In this document: piece after piece, positions 1 to 11,500 of the stretch
How positions within the stretch are numbered: the stretch's first letter is position 1
Layout: each line of letters begins with the position of its first letter
Assembly: GCA_000708835.1 (NCBI GenBank)
Contig: DF237353.1
Span: forward strand, 20,553-84,552
Origin: Klebsormidium nitens
Taxonomy: Eukaryota; Plantae; Klebsormidiophyceae
Direction: 5' to 3'
Length of the DNA: 64,000 bases
Made by a program: the position numbers and the translations under genes
The notes under the pieces: generated by a model
What the model was told of the DNA's origin: nothing
Databases searched by the model: none
Seen by the model: the letters and a program-made list of their open reading frames with translations, nothing else

Positions 1-187
1 ACAGTCCTTTCTAGGTGCGCACAAATACCGGAGGCGGCACTACGAGCGTGCACAACGAGCGCACTCGTAGACAGGAAGACTCCGTTCGTTGATTCTGCCC
101 TTGACGGACATCTAATTCGACTCGTCTTAGCTTAACCAGGGATAACCACGCCTAGTTACTGGTCAACGCTCACCAGTTTGATTGATA

Positions 188-241
188 TGCAGCAAATGCT
201 GGAGGTGGTGCACAGCGTGCACCAGGAGCGCATCGTACACA
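188..241 (+). repeat. Intronic near-identical copy of the MPS1 acceptor plus first 49 nt of exon 333-497
   Basis: 188-241 matches 328-381 with 2 mismatches in 54 nt (offset 140). It includes the TGCAG acceptor and runs into a TAA after the copied part. Confidence 0.92.
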
Positions 242-332
242 TGAGAGCCCGCCTTGATTCTGACACCTAACTGAACGAACGTTAAAATCCCAAACCCAGG
301 GTTAACTTGGTCGCTTCGTTTCTGGTGTGCAG

Positions 333-3300
333 CAAATGCTGGAGGCGGTGCACAGCGTGCACCAGGAGCGCATCGTGCACAAGGACCTGAAGCCGGCCAA
401 CTTTCTGAGCGTCCTGGGCGAGCTCAAGCTGATCGACTTTGGCATCGCCAAGTCCATGGTCGACGACGCCACCTGCATCGAGCAGCAAAGGAACCACGTA
501 AGCCTTCCTGCACTTTCCCGGGTTCTGGTAGAGATTGTGTGACTGAAGAGCGGGTTGACTCAAGAGAAGCGCCCGGGGGACCGGTTGGGTTGGTTCGGTG
601 GTTAGGGTGTGAAGCGCGTGCTTGTTTAGATCAGGATTCTCGTTTGTTTGTGTGCTCAAGCACACAAATTCAGGTCAACCTGCTCTTAAGGTATCGCTAA
701 GTTACCAGTATCTTTCCCGGGTGCCGCTCGCTGTTGCAATCAAGCCCGGTGAATCATGCCGAGGCAGACGGCAGCTATTGTCAAACAAAGGCTTGCCGAG
801 TCCGTTCATCGGCAGCCGACGTGCCTTGAGGCTAGACTTGCGCCTGGACTGGAATCGACTGGATCCGAAGCGCCAGTTCCCCCAAGCTAACAGCCTTGCA
901 GGAGGGTGTGTGCAACCCGCAAATTCGACGAAGTGGACGATAGTTACAAAACAGGTCCACCTCCTTCAACTTGAGTGATTTTAATAACCCACCCACTTAC
1001 AAACGTGGTTCAACGTCTTCACCTCCCCTTTGCTACCCTCCAGACAGAGTGAACCTTCTTTGAATCGCCTCAATACTGCCACGTGTCCCGAGATGGACAC
1101 AGGAACTCAACCGACTCGGCCTGTTGCACGTGTCCGCAGATGGGCACCGTGAACTACATGTCCCCCGAGGCCATCAAGTCCGCCACCACGGACGTCCGCG
1201 TGAGCCGCCCGTCCGACGTGTGGTCCCTGGGTTGCATCCTGTACCAAATGGCGTACGGACAGCTGCCCTTTGCGCACGTCCCCAACCAGCTCCACCGGAT
1301 GTATGTCGTGGCTGACCCCAACACAAAGGTGGGCGGTTATTTCTTAGTTAGTAAGTAACCCGTGGGCAAAATGTGGATTGCCCACGGCCCTTGCTAAAGG
1401 CTGCTCAGCGCGCTCTACGGAAGCGCACTTTCAGACGCGCGGAAGCACCATAACCGTCGTGAGTTGCGGAAGCTGACTCGTAATGTGAAGTGCCACGTGG
1501 GCCGACGATCTTTGTCCATGTCCGGGGCAGGAGGGAGCGGGAGAGCGGCTGCAACCTTTTTACCATCCGTCTCAACTCCCTGCCGTTCGCACCTGCGCCA
1601 AACCTTGTGCCCCCTCCTTTGTAACAAAACTGAGAGACGAGCATTCATTCTCAAGCTTCCCTCTCGCAACCAAAAGCGTCGTGACGCAAGGATTTGTCAC
1701 GCGTGAATCCGTCCTCAACTTCCTTCCGTCCTTTTCCCCGCCAGATCTCGTTCCCCCCGCTCCGCAACCCCCACCTGCGGGACGCCATCCAGCGGTGCTT
1801 GACGTACAGCCCCGAGGGCCGCATCTCAATCCCCGAGCTGCTCCGGCACCCATTCCTCAGGCCTGACGTGCTCCCGGCGGTTCCCCCGACACCCCCCGGC
1901 CCGGCTGCGACAGGTTTCGCCCTCAGCGAACAGCAGATACAGGTGCGGTGTCGAAATCTTTTTCAGACTTGGGTCTTCCGGGAACGATCGAGTGTTTCCT
2001 GGGCTGTGGCCATGGTTGCCAGGGTGAAAATGTACGGGGAGGGTTTGGAAGGCGGTCTAGTACAGACCTTTGCTAATGGCAGAGACGTGTTCTCATAGCG
2101 CGGCTCTCTTGGTCGGTGGGTCCGAAAATGTTCGCGTCCGTTCGAAGCGCCACTTGTGGAACCACCACGAGCCGTGCTTCCTGGTTCGAAGGCGCCCTGA
2201 ACGTGTTGTCTTCGAAAGTGAGCACTAGATGCCATTTTACCACCATTTTTTCTGACCACGAAAGCAAGCCTCGTCAGCTTCGGTCTTTGGCAGACTTCTG
2301 TCGCGATACCATGCCTCTTCGTGGCGTGTTTATTTCCTCCTGGAAATTCAGACCTTTGATCGTGGCCGCTGAAATCCTCGTAAGCCCTTGCAACCTTGTT
2401 GTCTGCAGTCAATCCTGGCTGCGGTCGCCACCGCGGCTCCCGGGAGCAAGCTGGACTTACAGGAGATGCTGCGACAGCTGGCGGCCCACTCGGGGCCCGG
2501 GCTCGCGGCCGCCCTCCAGCAGGCGACCACGTCCAAGTAAGCCCGTCGATATACTCCGGGTCTCTCTTGTAGTAAGAAGACGCCGCTTCACCTGAAGCCG
2601 CTCTGTTCCGCGTCCGTCTGCCTAAAAGCGAGGTTAAATGTTCGGAATGTCTCGTCCTTTTGGAATGCTGGAGTGTCGCTAAGAGGGCTTCAGAAGCGAT
2701 CGTTGGTGGCTGACATGGTTGAGGACCGACTTTAGCTCAGCCGGGAACACGAATGAGTCCCTTGTCTCGCTTGCCGGATGTTCCCCGCTACCATGAGCAC
2801 CGAAAGTGACTGTGGCTTTACATAGGTTGAATGGATTTCGTCCTCAGTGCCAGAAGATCGAACATCTGCCACTCACAGGTTGACCTTGACTTCGGTACTG
2901 GCCAAGCAGCTGTTCCCCAGCCCTGCCTAGAGTTCCTCTCCACCTTCGAATGACGGCTGTTCTTCCTAAACTCCTCTTTTCTTTCCTCTGGCCCATCTTG
3001 TCTCCCATTGTCACGCCAATTTTAGGTCGGCCGTAGAGTTTTTGAATGGCTTTCCTAGGCCCCTATGTTCTTTTTATGGCTGACTCCTTTCTCGCCATTT
3101 TGAAACGCAGGCCTCCGCCTCCCCCCCCGGCCCCTCCGCGTGCTCCTCCGCCGCCCCCTCCCCCCCCTCCCTGCCGCGAGCAAGCCCCGCGGCCCAGTAC
3201 GCGCACCCTTGCAGCTCGTTAAACGGGCACCGTCAGTTGACAGTCGAAAGCAGGGAGAGGGCTTGCAAGGCGACTTGGCGGCACAGGTAGCCAGAATCGC

Positions 3301-3589
3301 GGCCGAGCGGTCAAGGCGTCTTCAAAATGCGGCAAGTGACGGGTCGAGCACTCCCAAAGCAGGGGCCCCCAACGGCGGTTTGGCTCTAGGAGTTAAACGT
3401 GCGTTGGATGGTTCCAAACCGGAGAGCAAAGTGAGTCGGTTTATTGGGGGATCGGTGGGGACGGGTGAAGAGAATAAGGAGAATGCGGAGGGGTACCAGC
3501 GGTTGTTGCAACAAAAGCTCGCGAGCAGGCGAAAATTGGTAGAGGAAGATGTCACGGGTGGTAGCACGGCAACTGTGAACTTCGACTAG
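333..3589 (+). CDS. MPS1: MPS1/TTK-family dual-specificity protein kinase, 3' part (gene starts before the window)
   Basis: Exons 333-497 ([25 protein letters not shown]...[10 protein letters not shown]), 1140-1328 ([12 protein letters not shown]...[20 protein letters not shown]), 1745-1942 ([25 protein letters not shown]) and 2409-2536, all with AG/GT boundaries. These motifs match MPS1 kinase subdomains VI-XI. The CDS either stops at TAA 2538-2540 or splices (AA|GTAAGC) to a last exon at 3111-3589, which needs a 1-nt correction in the C8 run at 3160-3167. Confidence 0.9.
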
Positions 3590-5290
3590 GTTTCTTGCTG
3601 CCAAAGGGTTTTCTGTCTGGTCGTCTACCTGCAGACTACTTCTTCAGAAGAAGAGTGTTTGAAGTACAGATTATGAGCGTAATTCTTCAGGAATGAGGAT
3701 CATGCGTCCAAAGATGTCGGGTCATCGGGTCATATCATCCGCTGTTGCTACAGCCGCGCAGTCTTCATTCCTGAACCAAGCATGAATGGGAACCGGCCAT
3801 GTCTGCTTGCAGCAGCGAGCCACGAATCTGTGAATGCAAGACAGCGCCAGGTTCTGATGATTATTAGAGCGTGTTCTTAAAGAGCTCCAAGGCTTTCAGC
3901 TTGCGACTGGTCATTTGGGCGCCATGTTCTAATGAGTACGGTCCTTGCAATGCTGATTCCTGCGACACTGCAACTTATTCGGTGCAGCCCGCAAAGCTTT
4001 TGCATGCAAAAGCTTGGATGGACCTAGCTCATGAATTCAAACTAGAGAAATCATGTATTTGTAATTTGTGCGGCATAGCTAGCTCCGAAAGTAATAGCGG
4101 CATTAGTATGCATGCACCGAGTCACAGTAAGTGATCTACTCAACCCAGCTCATGAGTCCTGCCGCGGAATACATGCATTCAGCGTAGGTATGTATACAGG
4201 ACCATGCCAACCGTAATTAGCATGCGATGCAGGAGTCGCGTGTGCAGCTATTGCATGCTTTCTTACACATACAGCTCACAATGAACAGTAATCGAGTGAG
4301 GCTGATGTGTACTTCAATATAGCCAGATCAACTTGCCTTTGACCTTATAATACGTCCTTCCCATTTCCCCTTTGTTATGCCCTTACATTGTAAAATCGTC
4401 CAACCAAAGAGTGCATCCGCAGACCACTCAAAACCTCTCTGTCGTTTTATCCTTCCCATCGCCCTTTTGGTTCACCACCACGGACTCCGCTTTTGCTGCT
4501 CAGAGTCCCGTCTCTTGAAGTAATCGTCATGGACCTCCGCTTGTACTGCTCAGCCTCAGAATCCCTTCCCTCAAGAGTTTTTCTCGTCTGAACTCCTCCC
4601 ACAGCCCTCTCCCGATGTTTACCCCCATATCCCTCCACCACGCTCTGAATTGCTTGCTGCGGGATAACTGTTGCTCTGCCATTTGAGCCACTTTGAGACT
4701 TCAGACTCCCTACTTTGAGTTGCCCTAGATTGTTTTTTGGTGCTACGTACAGGCCTCCTGAGTCTGTGCTTGGACCCTTAAGACTCGGGCAAGCTGCAGC
4801 TTCAGACCTTCCCAGACCACGACAGTTCTCAGACCCTGGTCAACACTGCTCCTTTTTAACCAACTACAAGCTAACCTGCTAGGACGACCAACAATTGCTT
4901 CTGACGCTTTGACGCAAGCAGGCACCAATTGCGGCTAGGCTCGTTCAGTGGGCTGCAACACTCAAGTCTAACTCCTAGCATATGTACACTGACGAAAGAC
5001 TCTAGTGTGCCAAGCAGCGCTGATGCAGAACAAACAGTTGGACCCTAGCAAAACCCCCGCACTAAGCTCCTCTTGCGGAGGCGCGAGGTGGAGGGCTGTG
5101 ACCTCTATCGACTCAACCAACAATGTTCCTGGCCATGCGCCGCTGCGCTGCCAAGCACGCTGCCCCTGTCTAGCTAGAATACAGTGGCACTTGACGCGAC
5201 GCCGAACCTTTATTACCTACCCACCCAACTCAATGTATACGCACCCAATAATTTCTACCCATCCAGGTTAAGTTCCGCGAGCCCGCGCTC

Positions 5291-8230
5291 TCAAGCCAGC
5301 TGCAGCAGCCTCCTGAGGTCCCTGGTCGCAATCGACGACTCAGACAGATCCAAAGGCGCCGACACCGGCGCAGGTGGCGGCGTCCCCAGTTTCAGCAGCT
5401 CCTGTAGCGCCAGCGTAGCCTGCTCAGCGCTCACTTGCAGGCCTTTGCTTGGGCCGCCCCCTGCGGCTGTTAGCAGCTGCTCGGGGGTGCTGGGAGCGCG
5501 CAGCAGGGGGGCATTGCCAGAGGTGAGCAGGCCCCCCCGGACAGTGGGTGCGCAGGGGGGCGTGAGGAGACCAGCGTGAGGGGGCGGAGGCCCCCGTGGC
5601 TCGCGAGGGGGGGACAAAAAGAGGTTGAGCCGAGCAGGAGCAGAGCTGTCCTGCACTTTCTGCAGCAAAGAACAAAGGATATGATAAGCTTCCCTGGATG
5701 AACAGGATCAAGAGACAAAGCAGGCTCCTGTCCCAAATAAGATGCATAAAAGTGATCACAGTAGCAGCTTGGTAAGATGGCGATGAAAGTCACAGAGGTA
5801 AGAGGGCGTTGAAAGTTGGGGACAGGCAATTGCTTTTCATGAAGAGTAGGCAATTGCTTGTGAATTCTAAAATAGACAAATTCAGCAAAAGATGCATCGA
5901 TTTTACCCTCAACTAAGAGAGCGAACAAAACAATTCCAAGCAGCAATGCCACGGAGGGAAGACATGCAGGCCGAGCACAACCGATGCAATTTTCACTGAG
6001 CACCCACCTGCAGTGCAAAGGTAGGCAGCGGCAGGCAACTAGGGGCCGGAGAGTTGTGGAATGCTGCCCCTGCGAACCGCTCGGGAGGCTGGCTCCTAGC
6101 TTCAACAGAAACCTGCGGCGCTCGCACGACGTCCTGACGAGCTTGCGGAAGCGCGGAGGGGGTTTGGCCCTTGCTGCTGCCCTCAGGCTGCGGCTGACTA
6201 GTCTTGACTGATCCCTTTGGAGCCCCAGAAAGAGAGGCGCTCGCTCCCTTGCTGTGTGGCTTGGGGGCCCGTTTCTTGGCCTTGAGCGGGCTCTTTTGAA
6301 GCTCCTCCTGCTGCCAGGTGGGGCCTTGCCCGACGAAGACGGAACGATACTTTTGCTGAGAGTCGGAATCTGTTGCGTCGCTGTCGGAGGACGTCGTCAA
6401 CACAGTAGGGTCGTCCAGGGGAGAAGTGGGAGAAGACACTTCCTCACTCTTGCGAGGGCCCGCCTTCTGCTTCAAAGAAAACAGGAATCTTTTCAAAGAA
6501 GTGTTTCATCCCTCTTTTCACTCAAAATTCCCATGCCCGCCAAGCAGTCATGCACTCAGTAATGCAAAAAGAGCTGACCATCACACTGAGCACATTGCAA
6601 CTGGCAGACAACATTCACAAAGAGTCAGAAAAGAGGGCACTTAAAAGAACTTACAAAGCACCACTCCTTTAATCAGCAAGTGCATTCCTTGCAAGCAACC
6701 TTCCCACAATTGAATCGTCAATGCTGGAATGTATGCAGCCAACCCTACATTGTCATGATGACCATGACTCTGAGCTGTGAAGAGTAAGAGATGAGCAGCT
6801 TCACTAATGAGACTAAAAACCCAAGCACTCCAAAGATAATGTGCTTACCCTGCTCTTTGCACCCGCTCCTCTCTTTCGCATCTTGAGGGGCTCACTGCCA
6901 GTCATACTGTGGCTCTCCGCAGCCAGTCTTGAGCTCTTTCCCAAGGCAACTAAGGGTCCAGCATTGACAAATCCTGCGCCCTTCGAGGCAGGTTCCTTGC
7001 TGGCCTCTGGTGAGGGGATGTCAAGGATTGAAGCACCGTCTCTGCAGAAACAAAGTAAGAACAGTAGGGTCAAGTTTGGGAGCCAAGTGCATATGTTGAT
7101 TCTGAAAGCAACAGCATGTGAGCAGAAAGTAGCAGCAATTTAAGAGACAAAGATTATACAGATGGAAACACAGTGCTCATCAAGACTACCTGCTGCCCGC
7201 AAACTCCAGCAACAATGCAGGAGTGTCAACACAGGTGTGTTGACTAACCTGCGGTAGGCGTCCAAATCTGTCTTGATATTGATGTCATCCTCTGTAGGAT
7301 TGTCCGACCTATTGGGACAGAAGTAGGGGACCAAGCTGCAGACCAGGGGGAAGAAACGTCAGCCCTTGATATACACGAAAGTAGGAAAGAGTTCGATGTA
7401 ACCAGAACCAAGGTGACCTGAACGCTCTGCTAGACCACTGGAAGGGGTGTGAGTCTAACACTGTCAGCAATAAAGCCCTGCGGACAATTGAAGAACCCCT
7501 GAACTTCTGGACTAATGGAGATGTCAAGGTTCTGAAGGACTACAGAAAGGACCTACCTGCGGCCGAAACTTGGTAGAGCAGGGTTCTCCTTCTCTCCCCT
7601 GCTTGCCAGAATCATACTATCGACCACAATTTCATCATCGGTGACTCGAATTGACTCCATGCTTGTTGCCGATGGTTCTGCAAAGATTAGGAGCAGGCAT
7701 AAGCATCTCTGCAGATTCAGAGTCCCCCTGCCTAAGAATGTCAAGAGGTTTCCAACCACAAACCTTTCTACTTGTGCCAAGCCCAAGGAAACTATTTCAA
7801 AAAAGACAAAGCTTTCTGACATGCTCAACTCAGGAGGAGAAACCCCAAGAAATCCACCCTCCACAGTGGCAAAGCTTGGACAGACAACACGTCCCATTCT
7901 CACATACATGCATCCCAAAGCGATGGCAAGAGTTGTTGGTTTGGAGCAGATTTCACTAGCGCTTACCTAAAACTTGGAAGGTCTTTAGATATGTGCCAGT
8001 ATGCGACGCCGCTCCTCGCAATTCCTGTGAAACCTGGCCGTGCCCGTTCTTGGCCGCCTGACCATGCGCACTTCGTGAGTAGAGTGTCTGAATTTCTGAA
8101 TATTGGTGAACTTTCTTCTTGTCCCTTTCTTCCCACTGCCCAGCCGTCTTTCTTCCTCGCTTCTCCACCTTGTTTTCCAGATCTTCCAGCGGGGATTTTG
8201 GGGGTGCGAAAGCTGACGTGTCGTGACTTG
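5291..8230 (-). CDS. PNRC/Edc1-motif protein (putative mRNA decapping coactivator-like), low complexity; 5' end uncertain
   Basis: In-frame exon chain ~8230-7967, ~7677-7558, 7335-~7251, 7041-~6849, ~6470-6008, 5659-5291 with phase-compatible GT/AG sites. It contains RFAGAAFHNSPAPSCLPLPTF (the YAG..F..SP.P..LP.P PNRC motif) and ends in ATRDLRRLLQLA*. The start codon was not identified. Confidence 0.68.
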
Positions 8231-8593
8231 CAAACGGTCAGGACCGGTCAAACCGGGGTATATTTTGAGGACTTCGCACTTGGCAATGTCTTTTGACACA
8301 CAGACAACTAAAAATATTTCGAGTCTCTTTGGAAACCCTAGGAGTGTCAAGTATAGTCGCTGGCAAAAGGCCCTGTTTGTTGCCACGTTTCCAGAGACTG
8401 GAACAGAGTCTGTTTCCTGCATGATCAGAAATTCTAGGGTTCTGTGCTTCGTTTTGCAGCAGCAACTTGAGCAGGCCCATGGAAGAGCCTGCTCAGACTC
8501 TGAGCGCGCGCTTGTGAGCGGCCAGCTGACATTCGTTGTGTTGCCACATTGGTGTTTGCTTTCGCGTTCAAACACACAAGTAGAGCACCTGCT

Positions 8594-11500
8594 ATGCCAG
8601 GCCCAATGGAGTCCCTGGACGGTGCGCCCACGTCGGACAGGCATGTCAATGCAAATCACGGCGCTGCAGTGGGACAAAATGGCGCCCATTGGGGTGAGAT
8701 CATAACACCAGCAGCAAGCATGGAAACGGGAACAGGAAGAGGGTTCAATGAAAGCACAGGAATGGGGACGGTGGCTTCAAAGTTGGAACCAATAGAGCTG
8801 GAAACGGAAACAGACGCCGATTCCGAAACTTATCACTCTAGTGATGAGGCAATTGAGAGCAGCTTACAGGATGTGGTGGAGGATGTATCTCTTGATGAAC
8901 GCGGAAGCGCTGGAGAAGATCATGAGAGCAAGTCGAATGGCGAAGCTGCGACCCTTGCGAAGATGGATCTGGAAGATTACAAGGTGAACCAAACTTCAAT
9001 CGAGGCAGAGTTGGGGTTGAATGTTGGGCAACTGAAAAAAGTCACAGAGAGAGGGTTGGAAGCAAGCACCACATTGAAAGAAGACTTGATGGCGACAGAC
9101 GTTGAATCGGAAGCCAAGCAGCTGAATGGTCCAGCAGTTGCAGCCAATGCAGGGTTGGAAGCAGGAACAGAATCAAACGAGGGTTTCATGGAAATTGACC
9201 TGGATTTAGCATCTGAGCAGCCTGGTGATGCAAATGATGGAGGGTTGGAAGCAGGCAGCACTTTAGTGGACTCCACGATGGCCCTTGAGCAAGCTGGAGA
9301 CGGGAGTCGGATTGAACAGGATCAGCTAATAGTTGCACCGGAGGTTGCTTCTGGAGCTACAGCAGGAGTAGCCCTCCAGAACGAAGAGCATCAGCCAAGA
9401 CTTTCTGCTGATGACAGGTCGGGCGCTGCCACAGAATTGGTTTCTGAGCAAACAGGAGAGGAACAGCGTGCTGAATCTCGGAGACCTTCAGCAAGCGGGG
9501 CTGGTACCCATGGAATCCTGCAGAAAGCCACAGATCTGACAGAGAGGCGGGAGTCGGAGCCAGCTTTGGTGCCATCAGAACCTCCCCCTCTTGGAAGTGT
9601 TGATGAGCAGTCACAGCAGGGACCTACAGAGGAAGCTGATACTGGGCGCATCCCATTCTTTATCATCACGAACACCGGTCGGGTAAGGCCATTAAAAACC
9701 CAATATGTGGCAGAATTGGACGAGAGCTCGCACTGATGAATGCTAGCAACGTGCAAATTGCTGCATTGAGGAAGCTACAACAAGCAGCAGTATGGGAGGA
9801 TGTGAATCGATACATTATTGGCGCGTTTGTTGAAAGGTGCAACTCAGAGACTTTGAGTGGGTTTGATGTAGTTTTAGAGGAAGCAGCGAGCCTGCAATGA
9901 AAGGCCGGCTCAATGTCGCTTGGGAGTTGTACTTCCCATGGTCAGCTTGATTGTGCCACGTCAATGTTTTTGAGTGGTGCAAAACCCTTCGCAACCAGCC
10001 TATTGACGAAGTGTCCTTCCAACCTCTGCAGAAAGCCGCCTCCCCCAGGCTCTCCAACGAGACCATCGACTTCCCGGGAGCCCGAATCTCTGCCGACAAA
10101 TTTGTCGGTCTGCGATATGTCAGGGAGGGGGGTGACGTTTCCCAGAGCGGTTCGGCAAGCCCCGGTGTGCGTCTTCTCGGCGCCATCCAGGACTTTCCAT
10201 CCAGGACTGCAGTGGCAGCGGGGAAGACTGTGACAAGCCTGCTGTCAGTTCTGCCATCTCCAAGAAGGAGCTCAAGCGGAGGGGAGAAAGCTGTGGCGGA
10301 TCCAACAGAGGCAGGCCGAGGGGGCCAGGAAAAAGAGACATCCACACCCCGTGACGGCAGTGCGTCTGCGGCAGAGGTAAGCTTGTTGAGCCTGATTTTC
10401 AGTCTCGCCGGATCATCCGATTCACCATCACCTCGGCCATTGAGAGTGCAGTTGAAAATCGCTTGACACCCCTCAGCTTCGACGGTCCATTGAGGTGACA
10501 CTTGATCTGTTTCAAAATTTGCAATCTGGTAGTAATGAACCAGTGGTTTGCAAGTTTAAGCTAAGCAATGGACGAAGCTGTTCTGTCTTTGCGGGACGAC
10601 CTAGGTGGACCACCAAGTGGTGACCAGGAGGCACTTGGTCGCCAGGCACCGACGGGCCCCTGTATGCCCTCCCTAACATCGATTTGAGGTGTCAAAATCT
10701 GCTCCCACCTTGCGTGCATCCCCTGTCCTGTCCAGAGATCTTTCAGGCGTTTTAGAAGTGCTCTTAGCAGACGGCGTTCGTTTCGCAGGGGCCAGCCAGC
10801 ACCAGTGGCTCTGGCAGCAGGCGCCAGTCCGTCGACAGCCCCGAGTTGCACGTGTGGGAGATTATCTGGAAGGACCACAGCAAGCACACGCAGGACCGGC
10901 CTGGCGGAACCCTGCAGCAGGTCCAGTTCGAGACGACGAAGGCAGGGTGAGCGATTGTTGGTTCAATCAGCGGTGTCTGTCGACTGAGCTTTTGTGCGTC
11001 CGTCAGGCACCATTCAGCGGTAGGTACGGTGTTTTGGAACACAGCGTTGCGCTCTGGAACCTCGCTGCCGCGACAGCCAATTAATCTGAGCTGGACCGAC
11101 GTTTGTGGTTGCCCCTGCGGTAACAATCGCTCGATGGGTTTGCAGTTTTAGAACAGGACAAACGCTCAGGCGACAAGAGGTGCTCTGGAGACCCAACGAA
11201 AGAGTTCTTCAGGACCCCACTTTCAGTCCAGTCGGATTTCTGTGCCCTAGCACAGAAATTGTGCTTTAAGACCGGCTCTGCAGACCACACTTCCACGCAG
11301 CTCTGGCAGCCACTTGTTTCAGAACCAGGGTGGAAAATTTCACCAGCAGCCCCTCACTCAGAAGCTTCTGCGTAACACCTTCGTCTCCGACAATTCCGCT
11401 TCCTGTATACGAGTCCAATCCTGCTCTTAGTCCTCGCAGCTCCTCAGGATTCTATGCTTTCGATGGGGTGCAGGACTTGCGCATCCTTCTCGCAAACATG

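Noticed and set aside
911-925. 15-mer TGCAACCCGCAAATT shared with ~43148-43162
   Set aside because: Flanks are unrelated. It could be chance or a tiny repeat remnant and is not interpretable.
7985-8705. 234-aa minus and 160-aa plus ORFs
   Set aside because: Composition is not protein-like, and they overlap the better-supported exon frame and promoter interval.
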